In this document: piece by piece, positions 1 to 9,433 of the stretch
Position numbering within the stretch: the stretch's first letter is position 1
Layout of the letters: each line of letters starts with the position of its first letter
From: an uncultured Gemmatimonadales bacterium
Lineage (GTDB): Bacteria > Gemmatimonadota > Gemmatimonadetes > Longimicrobiales > RSA9
NCBI GenBank assembly: GCA_963708135.1
Contig: OY970192.1
Location: forward strand, 3,968,001 to 4,032,000
Length of the DNA stretch: 64,000 nt
Direction of reading: 5' to 3'
Program-made: the position numbers and the translations under genes
Notes under the pieces: generated by a model
Databases searched by the model: none
What the model saw: the letters and a program-made list of their open reading frames with translations, nothing else
What the model was told of the DNA's origin: nothing

Positions 1-2
1 TA

Positions 3-1199
3 GGCGGACTCCTCGCCCGCGTCGAGCACGCCGTCCACCGCGTAGGCGCCAGCCGCGTATCCGTCAACTCGCTGGGCGCCGTCTTCTCCCAGTTCTCCGA
101 CCAGTCGATCATCCGCAGCGAGCTGTTCCGCTTCGCCTCCGCGCTCAAGCGTATGGGCGTCACCGCCATCATGACCGCCGAGCGGACCGCCGACTACGGC
201 GGCATCGCGCGCTTCGGCATCGAGGAGTTCATCGCCGACAACGTCATGGTCCTGCGCAACGTGCTGGAGGACGAGAAGCGCCGCCGCACCATCGAGATCC
301 TCAAGTTCCGCGGCACCAACCACCAGAAGGGCGAGTTCCCCTTCACCATCACCAGCCGGCAGGGCGTCGTCGTCATCCCGCTCTCGGCCATCCAGCTCCG
401 GCAGAAGTCCTCCAACATCCGCATCTCTTCCGGCAGCCCCGAGCTGGATGAGATGTGCGGCGGCGGCTTCTTCCGCGATTCCGTGATCCTCCTCTCCGGT
501 GCCACCGGCACGGGCAAGACGCTCACCGTCACGCAGTTCCTCCAGGGCGGCGCCTCGCAGGGCGAGCGCTGCCTCCTGCTCGCCTTCGAGGAGAGCCGCG
601 AGCAGCTGATCCGCAACGCCAGTGGCTGGGGCTTCGACTTCGAGAAGATGGAAGACGAGGGGCTGCTCCGCGTCGTCTGCGACTACCCCGAGGTCGCCGG
701 CCTCGAGGACTGGCTGATCGAGATCAAGGCCATCGTCCAGAGCTTCCGCCCCGCCCGCATCGCCCTCGACAGCCTCTCCGCCCTCGAGCGAATGGGCACG
801 CCAAAGGCGTTCCGCGAGTTCGTCATCGGCCTCACCTCCTTCATCAAGCACGAGGAGATCACCGGCCTCTTCACCTCCACTTCCGCCGCACTCATGGGCG
901 GCACATCGATCACTGACGGCCACATCTCCACCCTCACCGACTCGATCGTCCTGCTCCGCTATGTCGAGATGTACGGCGAGATGAAGCGCGGCATCACGGT
1001 GCTGAAGATGCGCGGCTCGATCCACGACAAGGACATCCGCGAGTTCACGATCGACGGCGAGGGCATGCACATCGGCCGCCCCTTCCGCCACGTCACCGGC
1101 ATCCTTGCCGGCTCACCCGTGCACCTCTCCCCCACCGACCTCGAGCGCGTCTGGACCCAGTTCGACTCTGACCTCGAGCGCCTCCCGCCACGCGCCTGA
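3..1199 (+). CDS. kaiC: Circadian clock-type kinase/ATPase KaiC, 5'-truncated by window edge
   Basis: Frame open from position 3 (GGLLARVEHAVHRVGASRVSVNSLGAVFSQF...ELFRF). CII Walker A GATGTGKT, FEESREQL, HISTLTD phosphosite loop, KMRGS finger, ELDEMCGGGFFRDS linker as in KaiC. Confidence 0.93.
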   Translation, partial: GGLLARVEHAVHRVGASRVSVNSLGAVFSQFSDQSIIRSELFRFASALKRMGVTAIMTAERTADYGGIARFGIEEFIADNVMVLRNVLEDEKRRRTIEILKFRGTNHQKGEFPFTITSRQGVVVIPLSAIQLRQKSSNIRISSGSPELDEMCGGGFFRDSVILLSGATGTGKTLTVTQFLQGGASQGERCLLLAFEESREQLIRNASGWGFDFEKMEDEGLLRVVCDYPEVAGLEDWLIEIKAIVQSFRPARIALDSLSALERMGTPKAFREFVIGLTSFIKHEEITGLFTSTSAALMGGTSITDGHISTLTDSIVLLRYVEMYGEMKRGITVLKMRGSIHDKDIREFTIDGEGMHIGRPFRHVTGILAGSPVHLSPTDLERVWTQFDSDLERLPPRA

Positions 1200-1226
1200 G
1201 CCGCACGGCGCAACCGCTGATCCCAC

Positions 1227-1242
1227 AGGCACATGCCATGCA
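1227..1242 (+). promoter_or_regulatory. Candidate sigma54 (-24/-12) promoter upstream of the histidine kinase
   Basis: AGGCACATGCCATGCA fits GG-N10-GC with GGCAC and TGCA, in the kaiC-kinase intergenic gap. Confidence 0.4.
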
Positions 1243-1310
1243 GAAGGGAATGGCTGTCCGAGCCGTCGAACCGCTGTATTCCACGCAGGCGAAGGGACCG
1301 GACGGACCAG

Positions 1311-3470
1311 ATGAGAGAAGGCGCTGCGGCGCACCGGGTGTTGATCCTCGGCCCCGGCGACGCCGCCCGGAAGATCGAGCGAAGATTGCGCCACGCGACC
1401 TCGTCGAGCACCGAGATCACCAGCGTCGCGGCGGTGTCGGATGCGCTCGACCACCTCCGGCGCACCGGCGCCGAGCTCGCCCTGGTTCACCTCTCCGCCG
1501 CCCGCGATGGCGGCGACGTCGTCGCCGCGCTCCACGACGTGGATCCCGACCTCCCCGTGATTGCTCTCGGCCGGCGCGCCGAGGAGCAACGCCTGCGCCG
1601 CATCACTCGCGACGGTGCGGCCGAGTTCCTGCTCGATGAGGAGCTCGATGGCGACGGCGCCGCGCGCACCCTCGGCGGCGCCCTCGAGCGCTGCCGGCTG
1701 CGCCGGATCATCCAGGAGCAGGAGGCCGCCCTCGCCGTGGCCGAGGCCCGCTTCCACGCCATCATCGAGCGGACCGCCGATGGGATCGTGATCGTCGACG
1801 GCAACGGGATCACGCGTTTCGTCAACGCCGCCGCCGAGGCCCTGTTCGGGCGTGCCGCCGCGGAGGTCCTGGGCCACGATTTCGGCTTCCCCATCGTCGC
1901 CGGTGCCACGACGGAGATCGACCTCGTCCGCCGCGGCGGCGGCACCACCGTGGCCGAGCTACGCGTGGTCGAGACCACCTGGGAGGGGCAGTCCGCCGCG
2001 CTCGTCTCGCTCCGCGACATCACCGACCGCCGCCACGCCGAGGAGCGCGCCCGCCGCCTCGCCACCGAGCGTGCCGCCCGCGCCGCCGCGGAGGCGGCAG
2101 AGCGCCGCGCGCGCTTCCTGTCCGAGGCGAGCAGCGCGCTGGCCAACTCCCTCGACTACGATGCCACCCTGGGCACGCTCGTCCGACTCGGCGTGCCGTT
2201 CCTGGGGGACTGGTGCGTCATCGACGTGCTCGAGGGCGGCGGGCTGCGCAGGGTGGCGAGCGCGCACGTGGACGCCGCGGGCGAGAGTGTGCTGCAGAAG
2301 CTGGAGTCGGCGCCCCGACTCGGAGCGGACGACAACGACACCCCCGTCGCGCAAGCGATCCGCACCGGCGAGCCCGTCCTCATCCCCGAGGTCTCGACCG
2401 AATGGCTGCTCGGGCTGGCAAAGACCGACGCGCAGCGGGACGCGCTAGAGCGCCTCGCGCCGGGCTCGCTCCTCGTCGTCCCTCTGGTCGCCCGCGAGCG
2501 GCTGCTCGGCGCCCTGACGCTCGCCACCGGCGGCAGCCGGCGTCTCGGCCAGGCCGACCTCGAGCTGGCCCGCGAGCTCGCCCGCCGCGCCGCGCTCTCC
2601 GTGGACAACGCGCGCCTCTACCGCGAGGCCCAGGCCGCGAACCAGGCCAAGGCCGACTTCCTCGCCGTCATGTCCCACGAGCTCCGCACCCCGCTCAACG
2701 CCATCCTCGGATATGGCGACCTGATGCTCATGGGCATCCCGGACACGCTGCCCTCGCCCCTGAAGCGCCACGTCGAGCGCATCGGCCTCGCCGCCAACCA
2801 CCTGCTCCAGGTCATCGACGAGATCCTCAGCTTCGCCCGGATGGAGGCGGGCCGCGAGGAGGTGCGCTTCCAGCCCGTCCCGCTCGCCCGCGTCCTCGAG
2901 GCGGTCGTCGCCGTGATCGAGCCCCTCGCCATGGACAAGGCGCTCGACTTCGAGGTACGCCTCCCCGACCGCGGCGTCGAGATCGAGACCGACACCTCCA
3001 AGCTGCGGCAGATCCTGCTCAACCTGCTGTCGAACGCGGTGAAGTTCACGGGCGCGGGACGTGTCTCGCTGCACGCTCGCGTGAAGGGGGACCACCTGGA
3101 GATGGAGGTGGCCGACACCGGGATCGGCATCCCGGCCGAACATCACCAGAGGGTCTTCGAGCCTTTCTGGCAGGTCGAGCACGCCGCCACCCGGCGGGCC
3201 GGAGGCACGGGCCTGGGGCTGACCGTGTGTCGTCGCCTGTCCAGGTTGCTCGGTGGTGAGCTCACGCTCGAGAGCCGCGAGGGCGCCGGCTCGATGTTCC
3301 TGCTGCGCCTGCCGCTCCGCTCCTCCCGACACGCGGACACGGCGGCGGAGGCCGCTCCCGATCCGGCCCCCGGCTTCCGCTCCCGCTCCGACCGGCCCTG
3401 GCCGCTGCGCGCCGCCGCCCGCCCCCCCGTCGCGACGCAGGCGCCGGAGGAGCCGCCGGCGCCTGCCTAG
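1311..3470 (+). CDS. Sensor histidine kinase (pseudo-receiver-PAS-GAF-HisKA-HATPase)
   Basis: H-box FLAVMSHELRTPLN, N-box NLLSNAVKFT, G1 DTGIGI, G2 GGTGLGL. PAS (ADGIVIVDGNGITRFVNAAAE), GAF (GDWCVID...LSVDNARLY). Start taken at ATG 1311. Confidence 0.9.
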   Translation: MREGAAAHRVLILGPGDAARKIERRLRHATSSSTEITSVAAVSDALDHLRRTGAELALVHLSAARDGGDVVAALHDVDPDLPVIALGRRAEEQRLRRITRDGAAEFLLDEELDGDGAARTLGGALERCRLRRIIQEQEAALAVAEARFHAIIERTADGIVIVDGNGITRFVNAAAEALFGRAAAEVLGHDFGFPIVAGATTEIDLVRRGGGTTVAELRVVETTWEGQSAALVSLRDITDRRHAEERARRLATERAARAAAEAAERRARFLSEASSALANSLDYDATLGTLVRLGVPFLGDWCVIDVLEGGGLRRVASAHVDAAGESVLQKLESAPRLGADDNDTPVAQAIRTGEPVLIPEVSTEWLLGLAKTDAQRDALERLAPGSLLVVPLVARERLLGALTLATGGSRRLGQADLELARELARRAALSVDNARLYREAQAANQAKADFLAVMSHELRTPLNAILGYGDLMLMGIPDTLPSPLKRHVERIGLAANHLLQVIDEILSFARMEAGREEVRFQPVPLARVLEAVVAVIEPLAMDKALDFEVRLPDRGVEIETDTSKLRQILLNLLSNAVKFTGAGRVSLHARVKGDHLEMEVADTGIGIPAEHHQRVFEPFWQVEHAATRRAGGTGLGLTVCRRLSRLLGGELTLESREGAGSMFLLRLPLRSSRHADTAAEAAPDPAPGFRSRSDRPWPLRAAARPPVATQAPEEPPAPA

Positions 3471-3477
3471 GCTAAGG

Positions 3478-3768
3478 CTAGAACACCTTGCCGCCCACGT
3501 CCTCGGGCTCGTACGGCAGCAGCGTCATGTAGTACTGCACGTCCAGATCGAGCCGCGATGTGCGCAGCTGGTCCGTCGACGCGTGCACCAGGTTCTCCAG
3601 CCCGTGGGGGTGCACCGAGATCTTCACGGTGCCGTCGCCGCCCCGCAGCATGATGGAGTGGCGGTCCTCCGCCACCTTCTCGAGCGGGAGCCGGCCCGTG
3701 AGCACCGTCTCCGCCTTGCGCAGCGCCTCCGCGATCCCGGCGGCGGTCCTCCGTTCGTAGCTCGCCAT
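3478..3768 (-). CDS. Hypothetical protein (96 aa)
   Basis: MASYERRT... preceded by GAGGA RBS. Protein-like composition, directly downstream of the DsbA-family gene. Confidence 0.65.
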   Translation of the reverse strand: MASYERRTAAGIAEALRKAETVLTGRLPLEKVAEDRHSIMLRGGDGTVKISVHPHGLENLVHASTDQLRTSRLDLDVQYYMTLLPYEPEDVGGKVF

Positions 3769-3803
3769 TCCTCGTCCTCGTCCGGCGCGGCCCCGGGAGC
3801 GCT

Positions 3804-4397
3804 TCACGCCCCTCCACCACGCTCCGATCCCAGCACCCAGGCGCGCAGCACGCCGTACGGCTGCAGCCCCACGAGCGCCTCGTCATCCACCAGGAAGGTC
3901 GGCACACCGCCGATCTCCCGCTCCAGCGCCTCCCGCTCCTCTTCCACAACCCGCTCGGCCCACCGGTCCACGCCGAGCCCCACCCCGAGCTCCTCCCGGT
4001 CCAGCCCCGCCTCCACCCCGATCTCCACCAGCACGTCGATCCGGCCAATGTCGCGGCCCTCCGCGAAGAACGCCCTGAACAGCGCGTCGTGCACCGGCTG
4101 GAAGCGGCCGTGCTCCGCTGCGAGCTTCGCCATCTCGTGCGCCTTCCTGGAGCGCGGCTGGACCTCCGGCTGCCGCATCCCCACGCCGAGCGCGGCCGCC
4201 AGCGGCAGGATCGTGTCGCGCCAGTGCCGCGCCAGCCACGGCGCGGCTGGATCGGGAAGCGGTACCGGCGCCGGCCTGAGCTCGTACGCCCGGTACTCCG
4301 TCTCCACCTCACCCTCCGCCCTCAGCCGCGTCAGCGCGGCCTCCGCCAGGCAGCTGAACGGGCACACGTAGTCGCTGTAGACCACCAGGCGCCGCAT
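3804..4397 (-). CDS. DsbA/FrnE-family thioredoxin-fold oxidoreductase
   Basis: VVYSDYVCPFSC, PRSRKAH, LFRAFFAEGRDIG, IGGVPTF, GLQP motifs. Confidence 0.85.
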   Translation of the reverse strand: MRRLVVYSDYVCPFSCLAEAALTRLRAEGEVETEYRAYELRPAPVPLPDPAAPWLARHWRDTILPLAAALGVGMRQPEVQPRSRKAHEMAKLAAEHGRFQPVHDALFRAFFAEGRDIGRIDVLVEIGVEAGLDREELGVGLGVDRWAERVVEEEREALEREIGGVPTFLVDDEALVGLQPYGVLRAWVLGSERGGGA

Positions 4398-4532
4398 CTT
4401 TGAAATCTGGCCGCCCGCCCGGGCGCCGGCAACCCGATCCGCTTGCCCGCTCCACCGCGCGCGCCGATATTCCGCCCCTGGACCCGCGGCCGAGGCCGCC
4501 GTCGCGCCGATCCCCGCATCCCCCCGAGTCCA

Positions 4533-5747
4533 ATGCATCTCAGCCAGAACGTCCGCGAACTCCAGCCCTCCGCCACGCTCACGATCTCGAACCTCGCGCG
4601 CGAGCTGCGCGCCCGCGGCCGCGACATCGTGGACCTCAGCGCCGGCGAGCCCGATCTGCCCACGCCCCGCTTCGTCCGCAACGCCGGCATCGAGGCGATC
4701 GAGCAGGGGCACACCCGCTATACCGCCGTGGCGGGAGTGCCGGCGCTTCGCGAGGCGATCGCCCTTTCGCTCTCCCGCCGCTCCCGCGCCAGGATCGATC
4801 CCGCCGGCATCGTCGTGAGCACCGGTGCCAAGCAGGCCCTCTTCAACGCCTGCTTCTCGCTCTTCGGGCCCGGAGACCGCGTGCTGCTCCCGGCTCCATA
4901 CTGGACGAGCTACCCGGCGTTGATCGGCCTCTCGCGTGCCGAGCCCGTGATCGTTCCAGGCGACGAGGCTCGCTCGTTCCGCGTCTCCACCAACGACCTC
5001 GACGCCGCCTACACCCCCGCGGTCCGCGGCCTCATCCTCAACTCGCCCGCGAACCCCACCGGCGCCGTGTACTCCCAGGACGAGATCCGCGCCATCGTGG
5101 CCTGGGCCGCCGAGCACGACGTCTGGGTGCTGAGCGATGAGATCTACGGCCCCCTCTGCTACACCGGCCCGCGCGCGCCCGGCGTGCTCGACCTCGAGCC
5201 CGGCCTGCTCTCCCGCGTCGTCCTCATCGACGGCGCCTCCAAGGCCTTCGCCATGACCGGCTGGCGCATCGGCTTCTCCTATTGCGCGCCCGAGCTCGCC
5301 GCCCGCTTCGCCGCGCTCCAGAGCCATGTGACTTCCAACCCCGCCTCGCCCTCCCAGTACGCCGCCCTTGCCGCCTTTTCGGCCGATGGCCGTCGCGCCG
5401 ACGCCATCGATGAGATCACCGACGCGTTCCGGCGCCGCCGCGAGCTCGTCATCCGCCTCCTCGACGAGAACCTGCCCGACATCCCCTATGTACGCCCCGA
5501 TGGCGCGTTCTACGCCTTCCTGCGCATCGACGGCTTCTTCGATGAGCGCGCCGCCAGCTCCACCGCTCTCTGCGAGCGGCTCATCGAGGAAGCCGGTGTC
5601 GTCCTGATCCCCGGCGCCGCCTTCGGAGAGGACCGGTATGCCCGGCTCTCCTTCGCGGTCTCCGACGAGACGCTCCGCGAGGGCGTCAGCCGCCTCGCCC
5701 GTGCCCTCGCGGGTGCCGGCTCGCCGTCCGGCGCCGCCTCCGCCTGA
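4533..5747 (+). CDS. PLP-dependent aminotransferase class I/II (aspartate aminotransferase-like)
   Basis: GEPD, LNSPANPTG, SDEIY, SKAFAMTGWRIG (PLP lysine), GAFY motifs. Confidence 0.92.
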   Translation: MHLSQNVRELQPSATLTISNLARELRARGRDIVDLSAGEPDLPTPRFVRNAGIEAIEQGHTRYTAVAGVPALREAIALSLSRRSRARIDPAGIVVSTGAKQALFNACFSLFGPGDRVLLPAPYWTSYPALIGLSRAEPVIVPGDEARSFRVSTNDLDAAYTPAVRGLILNSPANPTGAVYSQDEIRAIVAWAAEHDVWVLSDEIYGPLCYTGPRAPGVLDLEPGLLSRVVLIDGASKAFAMTGWRIGFSYCAPELAARFAALQSHVTSNPASPSQYAALAAFSADGRRADAIDEITDAFRRRRELVIRLLDENLPDIPYVRPDGAFYAFLRIDGFFDERAASSTALCERLIEEAGVVLIPGAAFGEDRYARLSFAVSDETLREGVSRLARALAGAGSPSGAASA

Positions 5748-5758
5748 GCGCCCACACC

Positions 5759-6448
5759 ATGGCCGGAGCCTCGCCCGATCCCGCCGCCCTCGGCGCCTAC
5801 ACCGAGCGCCTCTTCGCCCACGAGGACGCGCTCCTCCTCGAGCTCCGCGCCGAGATGGAGCGGCGCGGCTTCCCGCCCATCCAGGTCTCCGCCGAGGAGG
5901 GGCGCCTGCTCCAGCTCCTGCTGACCACCGTCGGCGCCACCCGCGTCCTCGAGATCGGCACCCTCGGCGGCTACAGCGCGCTGTGGATGGCCCGCGCGCT
6001 TCCCGAGGATGGGCGCCTCGTGACCCTCGAGATCGAGCCGGAGCACGCCGCCCTCGCCCGCGAGTTCGCCGACCGCGCCGGGCTGGCCGACCGCATCGAC
6101 GTCCGCCTCGGCCCGGCCGCCGATTCCCTCGCCGCGCTCGAGGCCGCGGGCGCCGGCTTCGACGCGTGCTTCATCGATGCCGACAAGGAGCCGTACCCGG
6201 ACTACCTGGCCGCCGTCCGCCGCATGGTCCGCGTCGGTGGGCTGATCATGGGGGACAACGCGTTCCGCGATGGGGATGTGCTGGAGCAGGAGCGTGACGC
6301 CGGCGCCGAGGGGGTACACCGCTTCAACGAGGCGCTCGCCGCGGACCCGGGCCTGCTGTCCACCATCATCCCCGTCCGCGATGGCCTGGCCGTGGCGGTC
6401 GTGCTTCAGCCCACCCGCGCCACCGCCGCCCGCGCGCCGGCCACGTAG
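5759..6448 (+). CDS. SAM-dependent O-methyltransferase (caffeoyl-CoA OMT-like)
   Basis: VLEIGTLGGYS, FIDADK, GGLIMGDN, RDGL motifs. Confidence 0.9.
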   Translation: MAGASPDPAALGAYTERLFAHEDALLLELRAEMERRGFPPIQVSAEEGRLLQLLLTTVGATRVLEIGTLGGYSALWMARALPEDGRLVTLEIEPEHAALAREFADRAGLADRIDVRLGPAADSLAALEAAGAGFDACFIDADKEPYPDYLAAVRRMVRVGGLIMGDNAFRDGDVLEQERDAGAEGVHRFNEALAADPGLLSTIIPVRDGLAVAVVLQPTRATAARAPAT

Positions 6449-7296
6449 CTTCCGCCGAACAGGTTGACGTGCACCAGCAGGTAGTACAGCTGGTAGACCG
6501 CGCGGCGCGCCTCCACGTACCCGGGCCGGAGCGGCCACGCCTCCCTGTACGCCGCGTGGAACTCCGCCCGAAATCCGCCGAATAGCTCGCTCATCGCCAG
6601 GTCTACCTCGCGGTGACCGTAGTAGATCGAGGGATCCACGAGCGCCGGCGCATCCGTCGTCATGTGGACGTTGCCGCCCCACAGGTCGCCGTGCAGGAGC
6701 GACGGTCCATCCGCGGCGGCTGCCTCCCCGAGCAGCCCGTCCAGCCGGTCGAGCAGCGCGGCGAAAGCGCGCCGGTCCGCGCCCGAGAAGTGCCCGCTCG
6801 CATAGGCCCGGCGCAGCTGCGGCAGCAGCCGCCGCTCGCGCCAGAAGGCCGGCCACCGCGCCATCCAGCCGTTCTCCTGCGGCAGCGAGCCGATGAAGTT
6901 GTCGGCCGGCCAGCCCCACGCCTCCGCCGTCGCGCGGTGCAGCGCCGCGAGACCCGCACCCAGCCGCCGCCAGGCCGCCGCGCCGCCGTCGCCAGGCTCC
7001 ATCCACTCGAGCAGCAGCCACGCGGGAGCCTCCGCCGCGCTGCCCAGCACCTCCGGGACCCGCACCGCACCCGCGGCCGCCAGCGCCTCGAGCGCCTCCG
7101 CCTCCGCCGCGAACATCCGCGAGGCCCCGTCCGCCCACTTCAGGAAGGCGACGTCCCCCGACTCCGACTCCACTCGCGCCGTAGGGCTCACGCACCCCCC
7201 GCCGACCGGCGCGCCGCTCGCGATCCGTACGATCCGGCCGAGGCGGGCCGACCACGCCGCCTCGGCGCCCCCGCGCACGCCGGGCGGAACCCTCAA
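6406..7296 (-). CDS. Fructosamine kinase family protein
   Basis: VGGGC, FLK, DNFIGSLPQEN, LLHGDLWGGN, DP..YYGHREVDLAM..LFGGF, HVNLFG. TTG start overlaps the upstream stop. Confidence 0.9.
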   Translation of the reverse strand: MRVPPGVRGGAEAAWSARLGRIVRIASGAPVGGGCVSPTARVESESGDVAFLKWADGASRMFAAEAEALEALAAAGAVRVPEVLGSAAEAPAWLLLEWMEPGDGGAAAWRRLGAGLAALHRATAEAWGWPADNFIGSLPQENGWMARWPAFWRERRLLPQLRRAYASGHFSGADRRAFAALLDRLDGLLGEAAAADGPSLLHGDLWGGNVHMTTDAPALVDPSIYYGHREVDLAMSELFGGFRAEFHAAYREAWPLRPGYVEARRAVYQLYYLLVHVNLFGGSYVAGARAAVARVG

Positions 7297-7787
7297 ATCC
7301 CCCGCTCCTTCCGGATGTGCGCGAGCAGCCCCCGGCACGCGCGCTCGATCATCTCGTACACGTCGTCGAAGCCGCCCGGCCCGCCGAAGTACGGGTCCGG
7401 CACTTCCGCCTCGGAGCCGCCCTGCGCGTCGAAGGCGCGCAGCAACTGCACCTCCGCACCCTTCGCCGCCGCCTCGAGCGGCCGGAGCCGCGCCAGGTTC
7501 TCGGCGTCCATCGCCAGCACGTAGTCGAACGTCGCGAGATCCGATGCCGCGACCTGCCTCGCCCGGCTCGTCAGCTCCACCCCCCGCCGTACCGCAACGG
7601 CGCTCGCCCGCTCATCCGGCGGCTCCCCCGTGTGCCAGGACGAGGTCCCCGCGGAGTCAACCTCGAAGCGGTCCGCGAGCCCCGCCCGCCGCACCACCTC
7701 CCGGAATACCCCCTCCGCCATCGGCGACCGGCAGATGTTGCCAAGGCAGACGAAGAGCACCCGGATCCGTCCATCCTCGGTGCCCAT
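7293..7787 (-). CDS. Low-molecular-weight protein tyrosine phosphatase
   Basis: VLFVCLGNICRSPMAEG P-loop, DSAGT, VPDPYFG. Confidence 0.93.
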   Translation of the reverse strand: MGTEDGRIRVLFVCLGNICRSPMAEGVFREVVRRAGLADRFEVDSAGTSSWHTGEPPDERASAVAVRRGVELTSRARQVAASDLATFDYVLAMDAENLARLRPLEAAAKGAEVQLLRAFDAQGGSEAEVPDPYFGGPGGFDDVYEMIERACRGLLAHIRKERGI

Positions 7788-7817
7788 CCTGGCCGGCTCC
7801 TTGCTCAAGCCGCCCCC

Positions 7818-8429
7818 ATGTTCGACTGGATCACCGGCTGGGTCGGCTCGCTCGGCGTCTTCGGCATTGCCCTGCTGATGCTGCTCGAGAACATCATCCT
7901 TTTCCTCCCCTCCGAGCTCATCATGCCGCTCGGTGGCTTCCTGGCCGCGCGCGGCGACTTCAACTTCTGGCTCATGCTCCTCGCGGGCTTCATCGGCTCC
8001 CTGATCGGCTCGCTCCCCTGGTACATCGTCGCACGCTCGATCGGCAGGGAGCGCACCACCGCATGGCTGACCCGCCACGGCCGCTGGCTCGGACTGCGCC
8101 GCCGCGAGATCGACCGCGCCGACCGCTGGTTCGACCGCCACGCCACGGGCGCCGTCTTCCTGGCTCGCGTGACGCCGGGCATCCGCCCCCTGATCGGCCT
8201 CCCCGCCGGCTTCGCCCGCATGCCCTGGCACTCCTTCGTCCTCTTCACCGCTCTCGGCACCGCCCTCTGGGTCGCCGCCCTCGCCTGGGCCGGCCGCCTG
8301 CTCGGCCGCCGCTGGAAGCAGGTCGCCGACACCGCGCGCCCCATCATCTGGATCACCCTCGCCCTCCTCCTCCTCGCCACCCTGATCTGGCTCGCGCGCC
8401 GCGCCCTCCGCCACCACCACACCCCCTGA
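7818..8429 (+). CDS. DedA family membrane protein
   Basis: LLENII.FLPSELIMPLGG, FLARVTPGIR..I..PAG motifs and hydrophobic helices. Confidence 0.88.
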   Translation: MFDWITGWVGSLGVFGIALLMLLENIILFLPSELIMPLGGFLAARGDFNFWLMLLAGFIGSLIGSLPWYIVARSIGRERTTAWLTRHGRWLGLRRREIDRADRWFDRHATGAVFLARVTPGIRPLIGLPAGFARMPWHSFVLFTALGTALWVAALAWAGRLLGRRWKQVADTARPIIWITLALLLLATLIWLARRALRHHHTP

Positions 8430-8527
8430 CCCCACCCCTCACCCTCACCCTCCCTCACCCCAATCCCAATCCCCACCCTCACCCCCACCCTCACCCTCCC
8501 TCTCCCTCTCCCTCTCCCTCTCCCTCT
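8430..8527. repeat. Hexamer simple-repeat tract (CCCTCA/CCCAAT/CCCTCT)n
   Basis: Tandem degenerate CCCTCA, CCCAAT and CCCTCT units between convergent genes. The distal part encodes the EGEGEGEG tail of the 8491..9327 ORF. Confidence 0.85.
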
Positions 8528-9327
8528 CGAAGCACCCCCAACGCCCACCTCCCCTCCGCCGTCCCCCCGAACCGCTCCGCCAGCCGATCGAGCTCCGGTC
8601 GGGCCGCCGCCGGCTCGTGCAGCCGCTCGATGCACAGCTCCGCGATGCTCCGCAGCACCATCGCCTCCGTCCCCGGCCCGAGATGCGCTCGCCTGAGCGC
8701 CCGGCGGTACCAGCCTACGGCCTCGCCAAAATTGCCCCGCCTGCGCAGCAGCATCGCCGCCCGCAGGTACGGTTCCGGCTCCGCCGGCCGGCGCTCCGCC
8801 GCCGCCGCGTAGGCGACCAGCGCCGCTTCGGTCTGCCCCCGGCCCGCCAGCGCATCCGCCGCCGAGTAGTCGCTCCGCGCGCGCCCCGCGCCCCCCGAGA
8901 GCAGGAAGCCGACGGCGGCGTCGATCGCGCCGCCACAGAAGATCTCGCCCAACAGAAACGAGTACGCCGCCCACCCCGCCGCCCCGGCCGCCATGCTCGA
9001 CCACGCCTGCGTGTGCGCCGCCGCGGCCGTAAGCGCACCGAACGCCGCGCCTACCGCGGTGTCCCGGACGAGCAGCGTGAGGGTCGAGCCCGCCTGCGCG
9101 CCCCCCGAGAGCAGCCCCCGCACGAGCGGCTCCAGCCGCTCGGCCGAGTGCAGCACCAGCAGGAACGCGCCCCCACCCAGCACCGCGGCCAATGCGCCCG
9201 GGACGTCCCACGCCCCCGCTCCCGCGGCGCCGTACAGCACGCCGGCAAAGAGCGCAATCGGGTACGTGAACGCTCGCCGGCAGCGGCGGTCCGCACCGGC
9301 TCCATCCTGGTCCAGTTGCCCGCTCAC
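8491..9327 (-). CDS. Membrane protein with C-terminal TPR-like helical repeats
   Basis: Hydrophobic N-terminal half, then YSAADALAGRG..EAALVAY, PEPYLRAA, EAVGWYRRA TPR-like repeats. Start uncertain. Confidence 0.65.
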   Translation of the reverse strand: MSGQLDQDGAGADRRCRRAFTYPIALFAGVLYGAAGAGAWDVPGALAAVLGGGAFLLVLHSAERLEPLVRGLLSGGAQAGSTLTLLVRDTAVGAAFGALTAAAAHTQAWSSMAAGAAGWAAYSFLLGEIFCGGAIDAAVGFLLSGGAGRARSDYSAADALAGRGQTEAALVAYAAAAERRPAEPEPYLRAAMLLRRRGNFGEAVGWYRRALRRAHLGPGTEAMVLRSIAELCIERLHEPAAARPELDRLAERFGGTAEGRWALGVLREGEGEGEGEGG

Positions 9328-9433
9328 GAGGCAGTCCGCTCCTGTCGAGGCGCGTCCGCTTGACGCCCGCCGGGGCGCCGCTCATCCTACCCGCCCACGT
9401 CCCTGGTCCGCCCTGTCCGGAAGGAGCCTCTGC

